Shown: positions 37,315 to 45,994 of the stretch, one piece after another | Layout: each line of letters opens with the position of its first letter | Position numbering within the stretch: the first letter of the stretch is position 1 | From: Sphingobacteriaceae bacterium | GTDB taxonomy: Bacteria; Bacteroidota; Bacteroidia; UBA7662 | Reading direction: 5' to 3' | Length of the DNA: 64,000 nucleotides | Assembly (NCBI GenBank): GCA_013824115.1 | Contig: PNNG01000027.1 | Coordinates: forward strand, 20,425-84,424 | Program-made: the position numbers and the translations under genes | The notes under the pieces: generated by a model | The model's database searches: none | Told to the model about the DNA's origin: nothing | What the model saw: the letters and a program-made list of their open reading frames with translations, nothing else

Positions 37315-38619
37315 TTAAGGCTGGCGTGGAATGATTTGCTCGTAAAGCAACTGCCCATTGCTGTCGTTGAATTGCAGTACCAATTCACGGGTTTTACGGT
37401 CGCCCCGTACATCCAAGGTGGCAAAGCCCCGCTTTAATTGTAGGCTTCCTTCAACGCGGTTTCGGTTTTTTTCATTGTCGCGGCTGTTGCCTACCTTGCT
37501 GCTGAGGGGTGAGGCGGTGATGTCGTACATGACAATGCCGTTTTTTTCGAGCTTACTTAGTTCGCTGTGGTGGCGGTCGCCCGTGACAAAAACTACGTTT
37601 TTAATGCCTTCGCGGGAAATGGCTTCCAACAAGCGCTCTCTTTCGCAAGGATATTGGGCGTAGTTCTCGTACAAAGCTTCACTGTTCAGCACCTGACTGC
37701 CAATGGCCACCACCTTAAAACTGGCATTACTGCCTTTGAGGGCGTCGATGAGCCATTTTACTTGGGCTTCCCCCAACATTTCGCGGCTGCATGAATCTTT
37801 CAGACGCTCGCTGCTGCGGTGGTATCGGTTGTCGAGCAAGAAAAAGCCAATGTCGTTGAACTGAAAAGCGGTGGTGATGCCTGGCACTCCGGCTGCTCCC
37901 TGGCCATTGTTCATCCAAAAAAGTTGGAAGGCTTCAAGGCTCAGATCCTTGTGTGCCCAGGAACCGGTGGCGTCGTTGGGACCAAAATCGTGGTCGTCCC
38001 AAATGGCGTATTGCGGACAAGTGGCCAGCAGTTTTTGCAAATAAGGCTGCTTGCGCATATGGCTGTAGCGGTACAAAATGCCCGAGCGGCTACTCCAGTC
38101 GGCTTCACGCAGATAAATATTGTCGCCCAGCCACAGCATCATATCCGGTTTTTTCGCAGCGATGTTGTCGAAAACCTGAAAATCGCCGCCATAAGATTCC
38201 CCCGGACGATCGTAAGCCGAATCGCTGCTATAATGGCAGCTGCCCAAGGCAATGCGGAAGGCGGGCGGTTCTTCGCGCCATTGCCACAGTTTTTGGGTTT
38301 TGAAAGTAAAAGTTTGAGCACCAAATTGTTTGGCATTGGCAAATACCTTGTATTCATAGGTGGTTCCGGGTTCTAATTGGCCCAATACAAAACGAGCGGT
38401 ATAGGCTGTTTCTCCTTTGGTGATGGTGGATCCTGCATTGAGCCATTTCTGCGTGCCTGCCTGACGAAACTCCACATGTACCAAAGTCTGTTTTTGGGTT
38501 TGCATCCAAATGCCTACTTCACGCATTTCAGCATAACCCAACATGGGTCCAGCCACAATTTGAGCCAAAAGCGGTGCTACATGAAGCACCAATAAAAGTG
38601 AGAGAACCAACTTTTTCAT
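37315..38619 (-). CDS. phoD: Alkaline phosphatase D family protein
   Basis: GSC, WLGDNIY, WDDHDF, LDNRYHR and TGDRH; signal peptide. Confidence 0.88.
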   Translation of the reverse strand: MKKLVLSLLLVLHVAPLLAQIVAGPMLGYAEMREVGIWMQTQKQTLVHVEFRQAGTQKWLNAGSTITKGETAYTARFVLGQLEPGTTYEYKVFANAKQFGAQTFTFKTQKLWQWREEPPAFRIALGSCHYSSDSAYDRPGESYGGDFQVFDNIAAKKPDMMLWLGDNIYLREADWSSRSGILYRYSHMRKQPYLQKLLATCPQYAIWDDHDFGPNDATGSWAHKDLSLEAFQLFWMNNGQGAAGVPGITTAFQFNDIGFFLLDNRYHRSSERLKDSCSREMLGEAQVKWLIDALKGSNASFKVVAIGSQVLNSEALYENYAQYPCERERLLEAISREGIKNVVFVTGDRHHSELSKLEKNGIVMYDITASPLSSKVGNSRDNEKNRNRVEGSLQLKRGFATLDVRGDRKTRELVLQFNDSNGQLLYEQIIPRQP

Positions 38620-38709
38620 GCTTGCAAAATACGGCAGTGTACTTTATGCAAGGGTTAATTCATCCCATTTTTTCCTACTTCACCTAAGCCCCTTTTTTAT
38701 CTTTGAGCC

Positions 38710-40395
38710 ATGAAGCAACTCGTTGAATGCGTGCCCAATTTTTCAGAAGGCCGCGATATGACCATCATCAAGCAGATTACCGATCAAATTGAAGCGGTAG
38801 AAGGTGTAAGGCTCTTGGACGTCGATCCGGGCAAAGCCACCAACCGCACGGTGGTAACTTTTGTGGGAGAGCCGGCTGCCGTGGTGGAAGCCGCTTTCAG
38901 GGCTATTGCCAAAGCAGGCGAACTCATCGACATGCGCAAGCACAGCGGTGAACATGCCCGCATGGGTGCCACCGATGTTTGTCCGCTTATTCCCGTGGCC
39001 AACATCAGCATGGAAGAAACAGTGACCTATGCACGCCAACTCGGCAAAAGAGTAGGTGAGGAGCTCGGTTTTCCTGTTTTCCTCTATGAAAGTGCAGCAA
39101 CCAAGCCCGATCGTCGCAACCTGGCTACCATCCGCGCTGGAGAGTACGAAGGGTTGCCCAAAAAACTGCAAGATTCAAACTGGCAGCCCGATTTTGGTGC
39201 TGCTACCTTTAACCCACAATCGGGTGCCACGGTCATCGGCGCGCGCGACTTCCTGGTGGCCTACAACATCAATCTCAACACCAAATCGACCCGCATTGCC
39301 AACGCCATCGCTTTTGATGTGCGCGAAGCGGGACGGGTGAAGCGCATCGGTCACCCTGTTTTGGGCGAAGTGGTGAACGATGAAAAGGGCGAGCCTGTTC
39401 GCATTCCGGGTACCCTCAAATCGGTAAAAGCGGTAGGCTGGTACATCGAAGAATACGGTTTTGCCCAAATTTCGATGAACCTCACCAACATCAACGTTAC
39501 CTCTGTTCACGCTGCTTTCGACGAAGTGGTGCGTGCTGCCCATGAGCGTGGTGTGCGGGTAACCGGTTCTGAATTGGTAGGTCTCATTCCGTTGCGCTGC
39601 ATGCTCGAAGCCGGTAGGCATTATCTGGCCAAAATGGGCCGCTCAGAAGGTGTTTCAGAAGCTGAAATCATTGAAACAGCGGTGCGCAGCATGGGCCTCA
39701 GCGAGCTCGGTCCGTTCGACCCAAAGAAAAAAATCATCGAATTCGTCATTGCCGATGCTGCCGACAGCCGCTTGGTGAGCATGGATTTGGTGGCTTTTGC
39801 CAACGAAACAGCCAGCGAATCGCCTGCACCGGGTGGTGGATCTATAGCGGCCTATGCCGGCGCGTTGGGTGCCAGTCTGGGTGCCATGGTAGCCAATTTG
39901 TCGGCCGGAAAACGCGGTTGGGAAGAGCAAACTGCCTATTTCAGCGAAGTGGCCGTGCGGTTACAAAGCATCAAAGATGGCTTGTTACGCTTGGTAGATG
40001 CCGACACCCGTGCCTTTGATGGCATCATGCAGGCATTTGGCTTGCCAAAGGGCACCGACGAGGAGAAAAAAGCACGTTCGGCTGCCATTCAGGCCGCCAC
40101 TAAAGTGGCCATAGACACCCCGCTCCAAACGATGCGCCTGGCCAACGAAAGTTTTGAGCCTTTGGCTGCTATGATAGAAAAAGGCAACCAAAACAGCATT
40201 ACCGATGCTGGTGTAGGTGTTTTATGTGCCAGAACCGCTGTTTACGCTGCCTGGTTGAACGTGAAGGTAAACCTGGGTGGACTTAAAGACGAGGTATACA
40301 AGAATGCTGCACTTGCCGAAGCCGATGCATTGTTGGCTCAAGCCTTAGAAAAGGAAAAAAGCCTCCTTGAAAAGGTGAATGCTGCCTTGAAGTAA
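38710..40395 (+). CDS. ftcD: Glutamate formimidoyltransferase-cyclodeaminase (bifunctional)
   Basis: VECVPNFSEGRD, HARMGATDVCP and C-terminal PAPGGGS cyclodeaminase domain. Confidence 0.95.
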   Translation: MKQLVECVPNFSEGRDMTIIKQITDQIEAVEGVRLLDVDPGKATNRTVVTFVGEPAAVVEAAFRAIAKAGELIDMRKHSGEHARMGATDVCPLIPVANISMEETVTYARQLGKRVGEELGFPVFLYESAATKPDRRNLATIRAGEYEGLPKKLQDSNWQPDFGAATFNPQSGATVIGARDFLVAYNINLNTKSTRIANAIAFDVREAGRVKRIGHPVLGEVVNDEKGEPVRIPGTLKSVKAVGWYIEEYGFAQISMNLTNINVTSVHAAFDEVVRAAHERGVRVTGSELVGLIPLRCMLEAGRHYLAKMGRSEGVSEAEIIETAVRSMGLSELGPFDPKKKIIEFVIADAADSRLVSMDLVAFANETASESPAPGGGSIAAYAGALGASLGAMVANLSAGKRGWEEQTAYFSEVAVRLQSIKDGLLRLVDADTRAFDGIMQAFGLPKGTDEEKKARSAAIQAATKVAIDTPLQTMRLANESFEPLAAMIEKGNQNSITDAGVGVLCARTAVYAAWLNVKVNLGGLKDEVYKNAALAEADALLAQALEKEKSLLEKVNAALK

Positions 40396-40397
40396 GT

Positions 40398-42029
40398 TTA
40401 CTTCGCTTTTGGAATTTCCACCGCAGGAACTACAGTACTGGTTTCTTCGGTGGATTTTTTTTGCGGATACAATTCGGCATACCAGCCTTGTTCGGGACTG
40501 CAGCTTAAAGCTTCGGCCATTCGAAATTGCACTTGCGTTAAACGTTCTCCCTGCCAATTGAAACCCTTTAGGCGAAAAGTAACCGGATCGACCTTGTCAA
40601 TAGGCGTCATCACGGCCACTGGCTTCACATAGAAGCGGATGTCAACAGGCCTGTTGTCTTCGAGCCAAATGGTGATGTTGGATGATTCAATTTTATTGGC
40701 ACCCATAAAGCCTTGTCCAGGCTCGTCCTCCACGTAATAAATACTCTCGCCGTTACCCTTCACGTCCATGCGGCTGATTTGCTGTCCGCTGAAATAAGCA
40801 GTTACGTCTTTGCCTTTGATTTGACTGTAGTGTAGGCTATCTTCTTGTTTTACCATAAACGATTCGCGGTACATTTCCATGCGGTCGAAGGCTTTGCCTT
40901 TGGTATAAATCTCTTTGAATTCGGAGGTGATTTGAAATCCGCCCGACCAAATGATAGGCAGTGTAAACAAACGAAACATCGAATCGGCTTCTACATAGGA
41001 AAGCGAATCGCAATGCACCAGCAAATCGGCTTGTTGAATCACCGGCAAATGCCAGGCACGCATCACGCTTTTTTCGTTTTTGTCTTTGTATTGGTAGATG
41101 GTATCGGCAGTTAAATACAAGGTGTCTTTTTCGCCGAAATTGATGAGCAGGGGGTATTCGTACACCAAATTCCAGCCGGCTTTGCGATTGAATCGACTGT
41201 AGCCGCCCCTGATTTCCGATTTTTCAACCGTATCAATCAATTGAACATTGCCGCGGCAATAACCCAGTTCTTTGCTCTCATCAAAATAGATGGTATCGGC
41301 CTTGATGAATTGCTGGCTATCAACGGCTATGCGACCGTTTTTATTCAAATAGAACTCTTTGGTTTTACTCTTGTACCAGCCGCCTTCCGTGTAGGTTTTA
41401 CTTCTATCGGTTTTGATGTTGGTTGGGCCAACAAAGTCGGCGCGTTCGCTCAAGTTGTTGTATAAAAGGGTATCGGCGGTGAGCTTAAAATCGCGGTGGT
41501 CAAGGCTCACACGGGTGCGATAGTAAAACTGTTTTGTGTTGCTGTCGTAGGTGCCTCGCAAGCTTTTGAGGGTAGCTTCGGCATTGCGAGTGACGGCACC
41601 TTGTTGGTAACGGGCAATTTTCGATTGGGCATTATAGAAGAGTTCCTCGGTGGTGAGGTTCATTTCTCCGTCGGTGAGATAAACCTGCTGGCGCAAAACG
41701 GCGTCTTTGGTACTGCCGTTGTATTCGAGGTAGCGGCAAGTTCCATTCAGTTTTCCTTCTTGCACAATGCGCACATTGCCATAGGCTTTTGCCAATTTCG
41801 AATCGGCAAAGAGCAAAGCACTGTCGCAATAAAGCAGTACATCTTGCTGTTTCAAAATCACATTGCCGGTGAGGCGGCGTACCCTTTCGCCTCCCAAGTC
41901 TTCGAAGGTAAACTCACGTGCTTGCTCTATATCAATGGTATTTTTGACCGCTTGTTGGGCAAATGATTGTTTAGCTACTCCAAGTTGAGCAGCCAAGGTC
42001 AGAAGCAAAAGGTAAGGTGTGAAATTCAT
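40398..42029 (-). CDS. OstA-like (LptA/LptD N-terminal beta-jellyroll) protein
   Basis: LTGNVIL..LYCDSA..AYGNVRI and repeated ADT/CDS strand motifs; signal peptide. Confidence 0.82.
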   Translation of the reverse strand: MNFTPYLLLLTLAAQLGVAKQSFAQQAVKNTIDIEQAREFTFEDLGGERVRRLTGNVILKQQDVLLYCDSALLFADSKLAKAYGNVRIVQEGKLNGTCRYLEYNGSTKDAVLRQQVYLTDGEMNLTTEELFYNAQSKIARYQQGAVTRNAEATLKSLRGTYDSNTKQFYYRTRVSLDHRDFKLTADTLLYNNLSERADFVGPTNIKTDRSKTYTEGGWYKSKTKEFYLNKNGRIAVDSQQFIKADTIYFDESKELGYCRGNVQLIDTVEKSEIRGGYSRFNRKAGWNLVYEYPLLINFGEKDTLYLTADTIYQYKDKNEKSVMRAWHLPVIQQADLLVHCDSLSYVEADSMFRLFTLPIIWSGGFQITSEFKEIYTKGKAFDRMEMYRESFMVKQEDSLHYSQIKGKDVTAYFSGQQISRMDVKGNGESIYYVEDEPGQGFMGANKIESSNITIWLEDNRPVDIRFYVKPVAVMTPIDKVDPVTFRLKGFNWQGERLTQVQFRMAEALSCSPEQGWYAELYPQKKSTEETSTVVPAVEIPKAK

Positions 42030-42127
42030 GCGGAAGCCCAAAAATAGGCTTTATGCGGTTTACCTCGGCTAGAACGTATGCCAAGCTGCTTAATTATTGA
42101 GGTTTAGCGTTTTCATTTTTTGCGCAT

Positions 42128-42158
42128 AAAAAAAGCCGATTGAATATTCAATCGGCTT
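42128..42158 (-). terminator. Terminator after tRNA-His
   Basis: Perfect palindrome AAGCCGATTGAAT/ATTCAATCGGCTT with a T-run on the minus strand. Confidence 0.8.
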
Positions 42159-42159
42159 G

Positions 42160-42234
42160 GGTGAAAGACCGGGTTCGAACCGGCGACCTCTAGTGCCACA
42201 AACTAGCGCTCTAACCAGCTGAGCTACATCCACC
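42160..42234 (-). tRNA. tRNA-His (GTG)
   Basis: GGTGGATGTAGCTCAGCTGGTTAGAGCGCTAGTTTGTGGCACTAGAGGTCGCCGGTTCGAACCCGGTCTTTCACC; encoded G-1, C discriminator, CCA not fully encoded; TATATTTG promoter at 42267-42274. Confidence 0.95.
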
Positions 42235-42343
42235 ATCTCATTGCAGTTTTAGCTGCAATTGGACTGCAAATATAGACTTCTACTGATTTTGCTGCAAGTT
42301 CTAATGAAAAAAAGCTATCAATAATTTCTACCTCTCTTTTTTG

Positions 42344-42712
42344 CTACGCTGCCTTGGCAAGCGTATTTTGTAGCAGGATGATGTGATTTTCGAACATCCG
42401 AAACCCGATTTCGTAGCAGAAATATTGAGGTTTTCCTTCGGCATCGAGATTGACTTTGGTATGGTATCCGGGCAAAAAACCTTCTTCCAAGAGAGGCTCT
42501 AAAGGTATGGGGGCACCTTCTGGGTGATTCAGCGCCGCCTTTTCAAGTATGCGTCGATTTTTACGCAGAATGTGGTGCACTTGCCGCATCATCATCGTGG
42601 TGTTCAGATGGAGCTGGTTGTTGTAGTTGTTTCTGCAGTGATCATCGCAGAATTTTTTGTCACGACGGCCTTTGATGGGGCTGCCGCATTGCATACAGCA
42701 TTTGTTTTCCAT
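42344..42712 (-). CDS. Hypothetical protein with an N-terminal Zn-ribbon
   Basis: CMQCG..GRRDKKFCDDHCRNNYNN then basic ILRKNRRIL and YFCYEIG. Confidence 0.8.
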   Translation of the reverse strand: MENKCCMQCGSPIKGRRDKKFCDDHCRNNYNNQLHLNTTMMMRQVHHILRKNRRILEKAALNHPEGAPIPLEPLLEEGFLPGYHTKVNLDAEGKPQYFCYEIGFRMFENHIILLQNTLAKAA

Positions 42713-42719
42713 AGCTATC

Positions 42720-42759
42720 CGTTTTTAAGCGTTTACAAACGTTTACAAGCGTTTAAATT
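42720..42759. repeat. Four direct repeats with 10-bp period
   Basis: CGTTTTTAAG CGTTTACAAA CGTTTACAAG CGTTTAAATT. Confidence 0.8.
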
Positions 42760-42841
42760 ACGACTAGCTATTTTTTCATTTGCAGCTTTGTTTTATGAAA
42801 ACAACACGTTTGTTTCTTTTTTAAACCAAAATTGTACAGCT

Positions 42842-43192
42842 ATGGCAAACATGCGCAATCAGGTGCGCCTCATTGGCCACCTCGGTAAGGACCCTGAAGT
42901 CAGGGAAACTACCACCGGAAAAAAGTTGGCTCGGTTCAGTGTAGCCACCAACGAAACTTACATCAACGACAAGGGTGAGCGCGTTAGCGAAACCCAATGG
43001 CACAACATCATCTGCTGGGGAAAGACGGCCAGTTTGGCAGAAAAAGTGCTTTCAAAAGGATCGGAAGTGGCGCTTGAAGGCAAAATTTCTACCAAACAGT
43101 ACACCGATAAGGAAGGCAATCGGAAAACAACGACCGAAATTGTAGCCAGCGATTTTGTGACCCTTGGCGGCAAAAAAAGTGCTGCAGCTTAA
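42842..43192 (+). CDS. ssb: Single-stranded DNA-binding protein, short form without acidic tail
   Basis: NQVRLIGHLGKDPE, FSVATNE, TQWHNI and EGKI; 116 aa ending GGKKSAAA. Confidence 0.92.
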   Translation: MANMRNQVRLIGHLGKDPEVRETTTGKKLARFSVATNETYINDKGERVSETQWHNIICWGKTASLAEKVLSKGSEVALEGKISTKQYTDKEGNRKTTTEIVASDFVTLGGKKSAAA

Positions 43193-43197
43193 ATCGA

Positions 43198-43230
43198 AAC
43201 AGCCGCTCTGAGTAGTTCAGAGCGGCTGTT
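43198..43230. terminator. Bidirectional terminator-like hairpin
   Basis: AACAGCCGCTCTGA-gtagt-TCAGAGCGGCTGTT between convergent genes. Confidence 0.75.
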
Positions 43231-43249
43231 GTCTTTGTCTGTATTTCCG

Positions 43250-45280
43250 TTATTTGACGATGGCGAATTTCCCGGTTTGTACTTCATTGGTTTTCAGATC
43301 TTTCACTGAAAACAGGTACAAACCACTGGCAATACTCTGCTTGTCTTCAGAGAGCACATCCCAGGCATGTTCTCCTCCTGCCATGAATGTTCGGCTAGGG
43401 TCACCACCAAAATTGCTAAACCAACCCGCACTGCTGCCGTTAAAATTACTGCCAGCATCGTGATATAGCGTGGCAATGGCATCACCACTTATGGTGTAAA
43501 TCCTGATCTCCGCTCTTTGAGGAAGATTATAGAATACTATTTTTTTGGAACGCGAAGTAGTTCCATCCCAAGCCGCTGAAAGGCGGTATGGATTGGGATA
43601 AACGCCAACTTGGCGATTTTCACTCATCTCCCCAGCAGGGGTGCCTGCAAATACGCGGAAGGCATTTTGAATGCGAGACGATTCTAGTGATTCCAATCCA
43701 ATTGCCGGATCACCTTCATCGAAGGCAGTAAGGATGTACATATATTGCCAACCATTAAGCACGTCTTCTACTTCATACTTATACCAGTACTCTACTGTAT
43801 CGCCTTCAAAGCGAACAGGGGTGTTTAATCTGATGGCATCGAAGCCATTGTTGAAGCCTACGCCATTCCCTGCTTTGTCCCACTGTGCAAGCAACGAAGC
43901 ACGTCCCAATAAATTGGGAAGTTTGTCGTCTCCAGGCTTGGTGCGGTACATGCGATAACCTTCGAAATCTTGCACCTTGGTTATAGGGTCAATGGTTGTT
44001 TCTGTAAGTTTATCCCAATACACGGTTATTTTATTGCTATTCGCTTCAAAACGAGCTTTGGGTGGAGGTGGAGGCTCCGGCAAAATGTAACGGTCGAGAC
44101 GAGCATTGCCGTTCAAATCTTCACCCGCATCTAATTGCCCATTTTCATTTGCATCTTCCCCAACAAAGGTGCGTTTCGACCAGCCCAAATGGCTGCGCAG
44201 TTGTGTACGAGCAAACCACGTGTCTAAAGGCGTATCGTCGAGTTGAGGTGCACAAACTGCTGCAATTACAAAAGTGATAGATTCACCGGGTTCTAGGCGT
44301 GCCATGGGACCCGCTGCCAGCAATTGAACCCTGTTTCCAGGAGTATTCAAATTGGCACTTGGTCCAAAATTCCCTTTGTTCTTCATTCTGTCGTAACGCT
44401 GCAAATCATTGGTGGGTGCTGCCACATTGTACAACCAATAATTCCCATTTACGCGTGCAAATGGGGTGTTTGGATTGTTTGGATGGATGTACTGATCGCG
44501 GTATATGATACCCAGGTATTGCAATGCCCCATAAGAGTTGGTGAAAGGCCGGTCGCCAATAACGTCGTACGCATACATGGCCTGCAGCGTATCATCGAAC
44601 CCCAAGCTGCCCTTATTAAAAAATGCAGCACCGCGATCATTGGTGGTTTTTACATTGCGCACTACCAAATCACTCCAGTGTCCCACGTATACCGAATCCC
44701 AGGGAGAGTCGCCGTTGTTAGTTATCGTATAATTGAATATGGTGAAGTAATCGGCGAAAGGGAAGTTCCAGGCATAAGATTCTAAGCGAACCCGTGCATT
44801 TAGTGGTAGCAGGTGGTTGGCAATGGGCTGGTTAGAACCAGGCACAATGGTAAACTCGTCGGTAAAATTGAGCACATACTCTTGGTGCGAGCGGGCAGCA
44901 GTTGAAAATACCGGACTGCCGGGTAAACTTGAACGTGTAATTACTGGAGAGCCAGGAAGGGGAGAAAATTCAAAGCCTGCCTTACCTACCGCGTACCCCG
45001 AGGCGTCGTCTACCGCTCCGGTAGAAACCGATATCTGTCCGTTTTTGATGGCGCCTATCCAAAGTCCAGCTTCAAAAAGGTGCTCCACGCCTGAACCGCG
45101 CGGATATTCCATAGAAGGCGGTCCCTGCGGGTCGTTACGTACGTTTGGCCTGCCAATGGTACCTACGTTGCTTACGTTTACACCAATATTACCAACGTTA
45201 ATGGTCTTTTCTTCGAACTGTCCGAAAGCCGTCATTGCCAAAAGCAACAGCGCCATGAATAAGGATAGAATACGTGACAT
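43250..45280 (-). CDS. Large secreted hypothetical protein with a T9SS/FlgD-Ig-like C-terminal domain
   Basis: Signal peptide, tandem DxNxNxxLD loops, FN3-like FEGYRMYR, terminal VYPNPY..FYNLP..IRIYTISG..SGLYLF..GKFAIVK. Confidence 0.75.
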   Translation of the reverse strand: MSRILSLFMALLLLAMTAFGQFEEKTINVGNIGVNVSNVGTIGRPNVRNDPQGPPSMEYPRGSGVEHLFEAGLWIGAIKNGQISVSTGAVDDASGYAVGKAGFEFSPLPGSPVITRSSLPGSPVFSTAARSHQEYVLNFTDEFTIVPGSNQPIANHLLPLNARVRLESYAWNFPFADYFTIFNYTITNNGDSPWDSVYVGHWSDLVVRNVKTTNDRGAAFFNKGSLGFDDTLQAMYAYDVIGDRPFTNSYGALQYLGIIYRDQYIHPNNPNTPFARVNGNYWLYNVAAPTNDLQRYDRMKNKGNFGPSANLNTPGNRVQLLAAGPMARLEPGESITFVIAAVCAPQLDDTPLDTWFARTQLRSHLGWSKRTFVGEDANENGQLDAGEDLNGNARLDRYILPEPPPPPKARFEANSNKITVYWDKLTETTIDPITKVQDFEGYRMYRTKPGDDKLPNLLGRASLLAQWDKAGNGVGFNNGFDAIRLNTPVRFEGDTVEYWYKYEVEDVLNGWQYMYILTAFDEGDPAIGLESLESSRIQNAFRVFAGTPAGEMSENRQVGVYPNPYRLSAAWDGTTSRSKKIVFYNLPQRAEIRIYTISGDAIATLYHDAGSNFNGSSAGWFSNFGGDPSRTFMAGGEHAWDVLSEDKQSIASGLYLFSVKDLKTNEVQTGKFAIVK

Positions 45281-45337
45281 AGGCCACGAAAATACGCAGA
45301 AGGCTTGAATTGGAGGTTAATTCAATACTAAATTTCC

Positions 45338-45994
45338 TTAGACAGCCTTATGGCGCATCACGGGGAGGCTGCTGATGGATGCCAAGTATTGTTTAGTGCC
45401 CTTTGGACCCTGGTTAAAGAGCAGGTCCATGGCCGATAAATCACTCAAAAAGCCATTTTTATCGGCAAAAACTTGGTAATAAGGTGGAAGCATTAATTTT
45501 TGAGGACCTCTCGCACTTCGCCAATCGGTATATGGAACCTCTTTCTCGTATTCAATCGTAGATTCGATAGGGATTTGAAATTGTATTTTAGACAACAACC
45601 AACCAAGCAGTTGTTCATTGAACATCCATAATGTATCGGGTGCTTCATCATAAATATGCTTCAACTCCGGGGCATAAAACTCAAAAAAGGCACTTTTACC
45701 ATAAGCACTCTCCATGGCATACCAGTGTTGCCTTTTCCATGGCAAGCGGTGATCGATACGTGTTTCGGCATAGGCTTGTTTATGCGACCGACCTCCGGCA
45801 ATGGGAATGGTTAGCAGCTGTAATCCATTAGCTGAAGCGATGAAACAACGGTTTCGGTTCGAAGATTTGACAAAATGCTCACATTTCTCAAGCAAAAGGC
45901 GCTCGTGAATCGTTATTTTTGCCAGATGACTGACCGATAGCCAATAGGGCAATTCGGATAAAATTGTCTTCTCAAAAGAGTTGCTATGAACCAC
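45338..45994 (-). CDS. WbqC family protein
   Basis: RNRCFI..LTIPI, WKRQHW..AYGKSAFFEFY, YYQVF..GFLSDLSAMDLLFNQGP; start uncertain. Confidence 0.85.
   Translation of the reverse strand: MVHSNSFEKTILSELPYWLSVSHLAKITIHERLLLEKCEHFVKSSNRNRCFIASANGLQLLTIPIAGGRSHKQAYAETRIDHRLPWKRQHWYAMESAYGKSAFFEFYAPELKHIYDEAPDTLWMFNEQLLGWLLSKIQFQIPIESTIEYEKEVPYTDWRSARGPQKLMLPPYYQVFADKNGFLSDLSAMDLLFNQGPKGTKQYLASISSLPVMRHKAV

Noticed and set aside
22440..40395. hutU and ftcD as a novel histidine-utilisation cluster
   Set aside because: They are about 14.6 kb apart with unrelated genes between; dispersed hut genes using the folate-dependent route are ordinary.
42160..42340. tRNA-His as an integration site
   Set aside because: No duplicated tRNA 3' end and no adjacent integrase; the tRNA is followed directly by its terminator.
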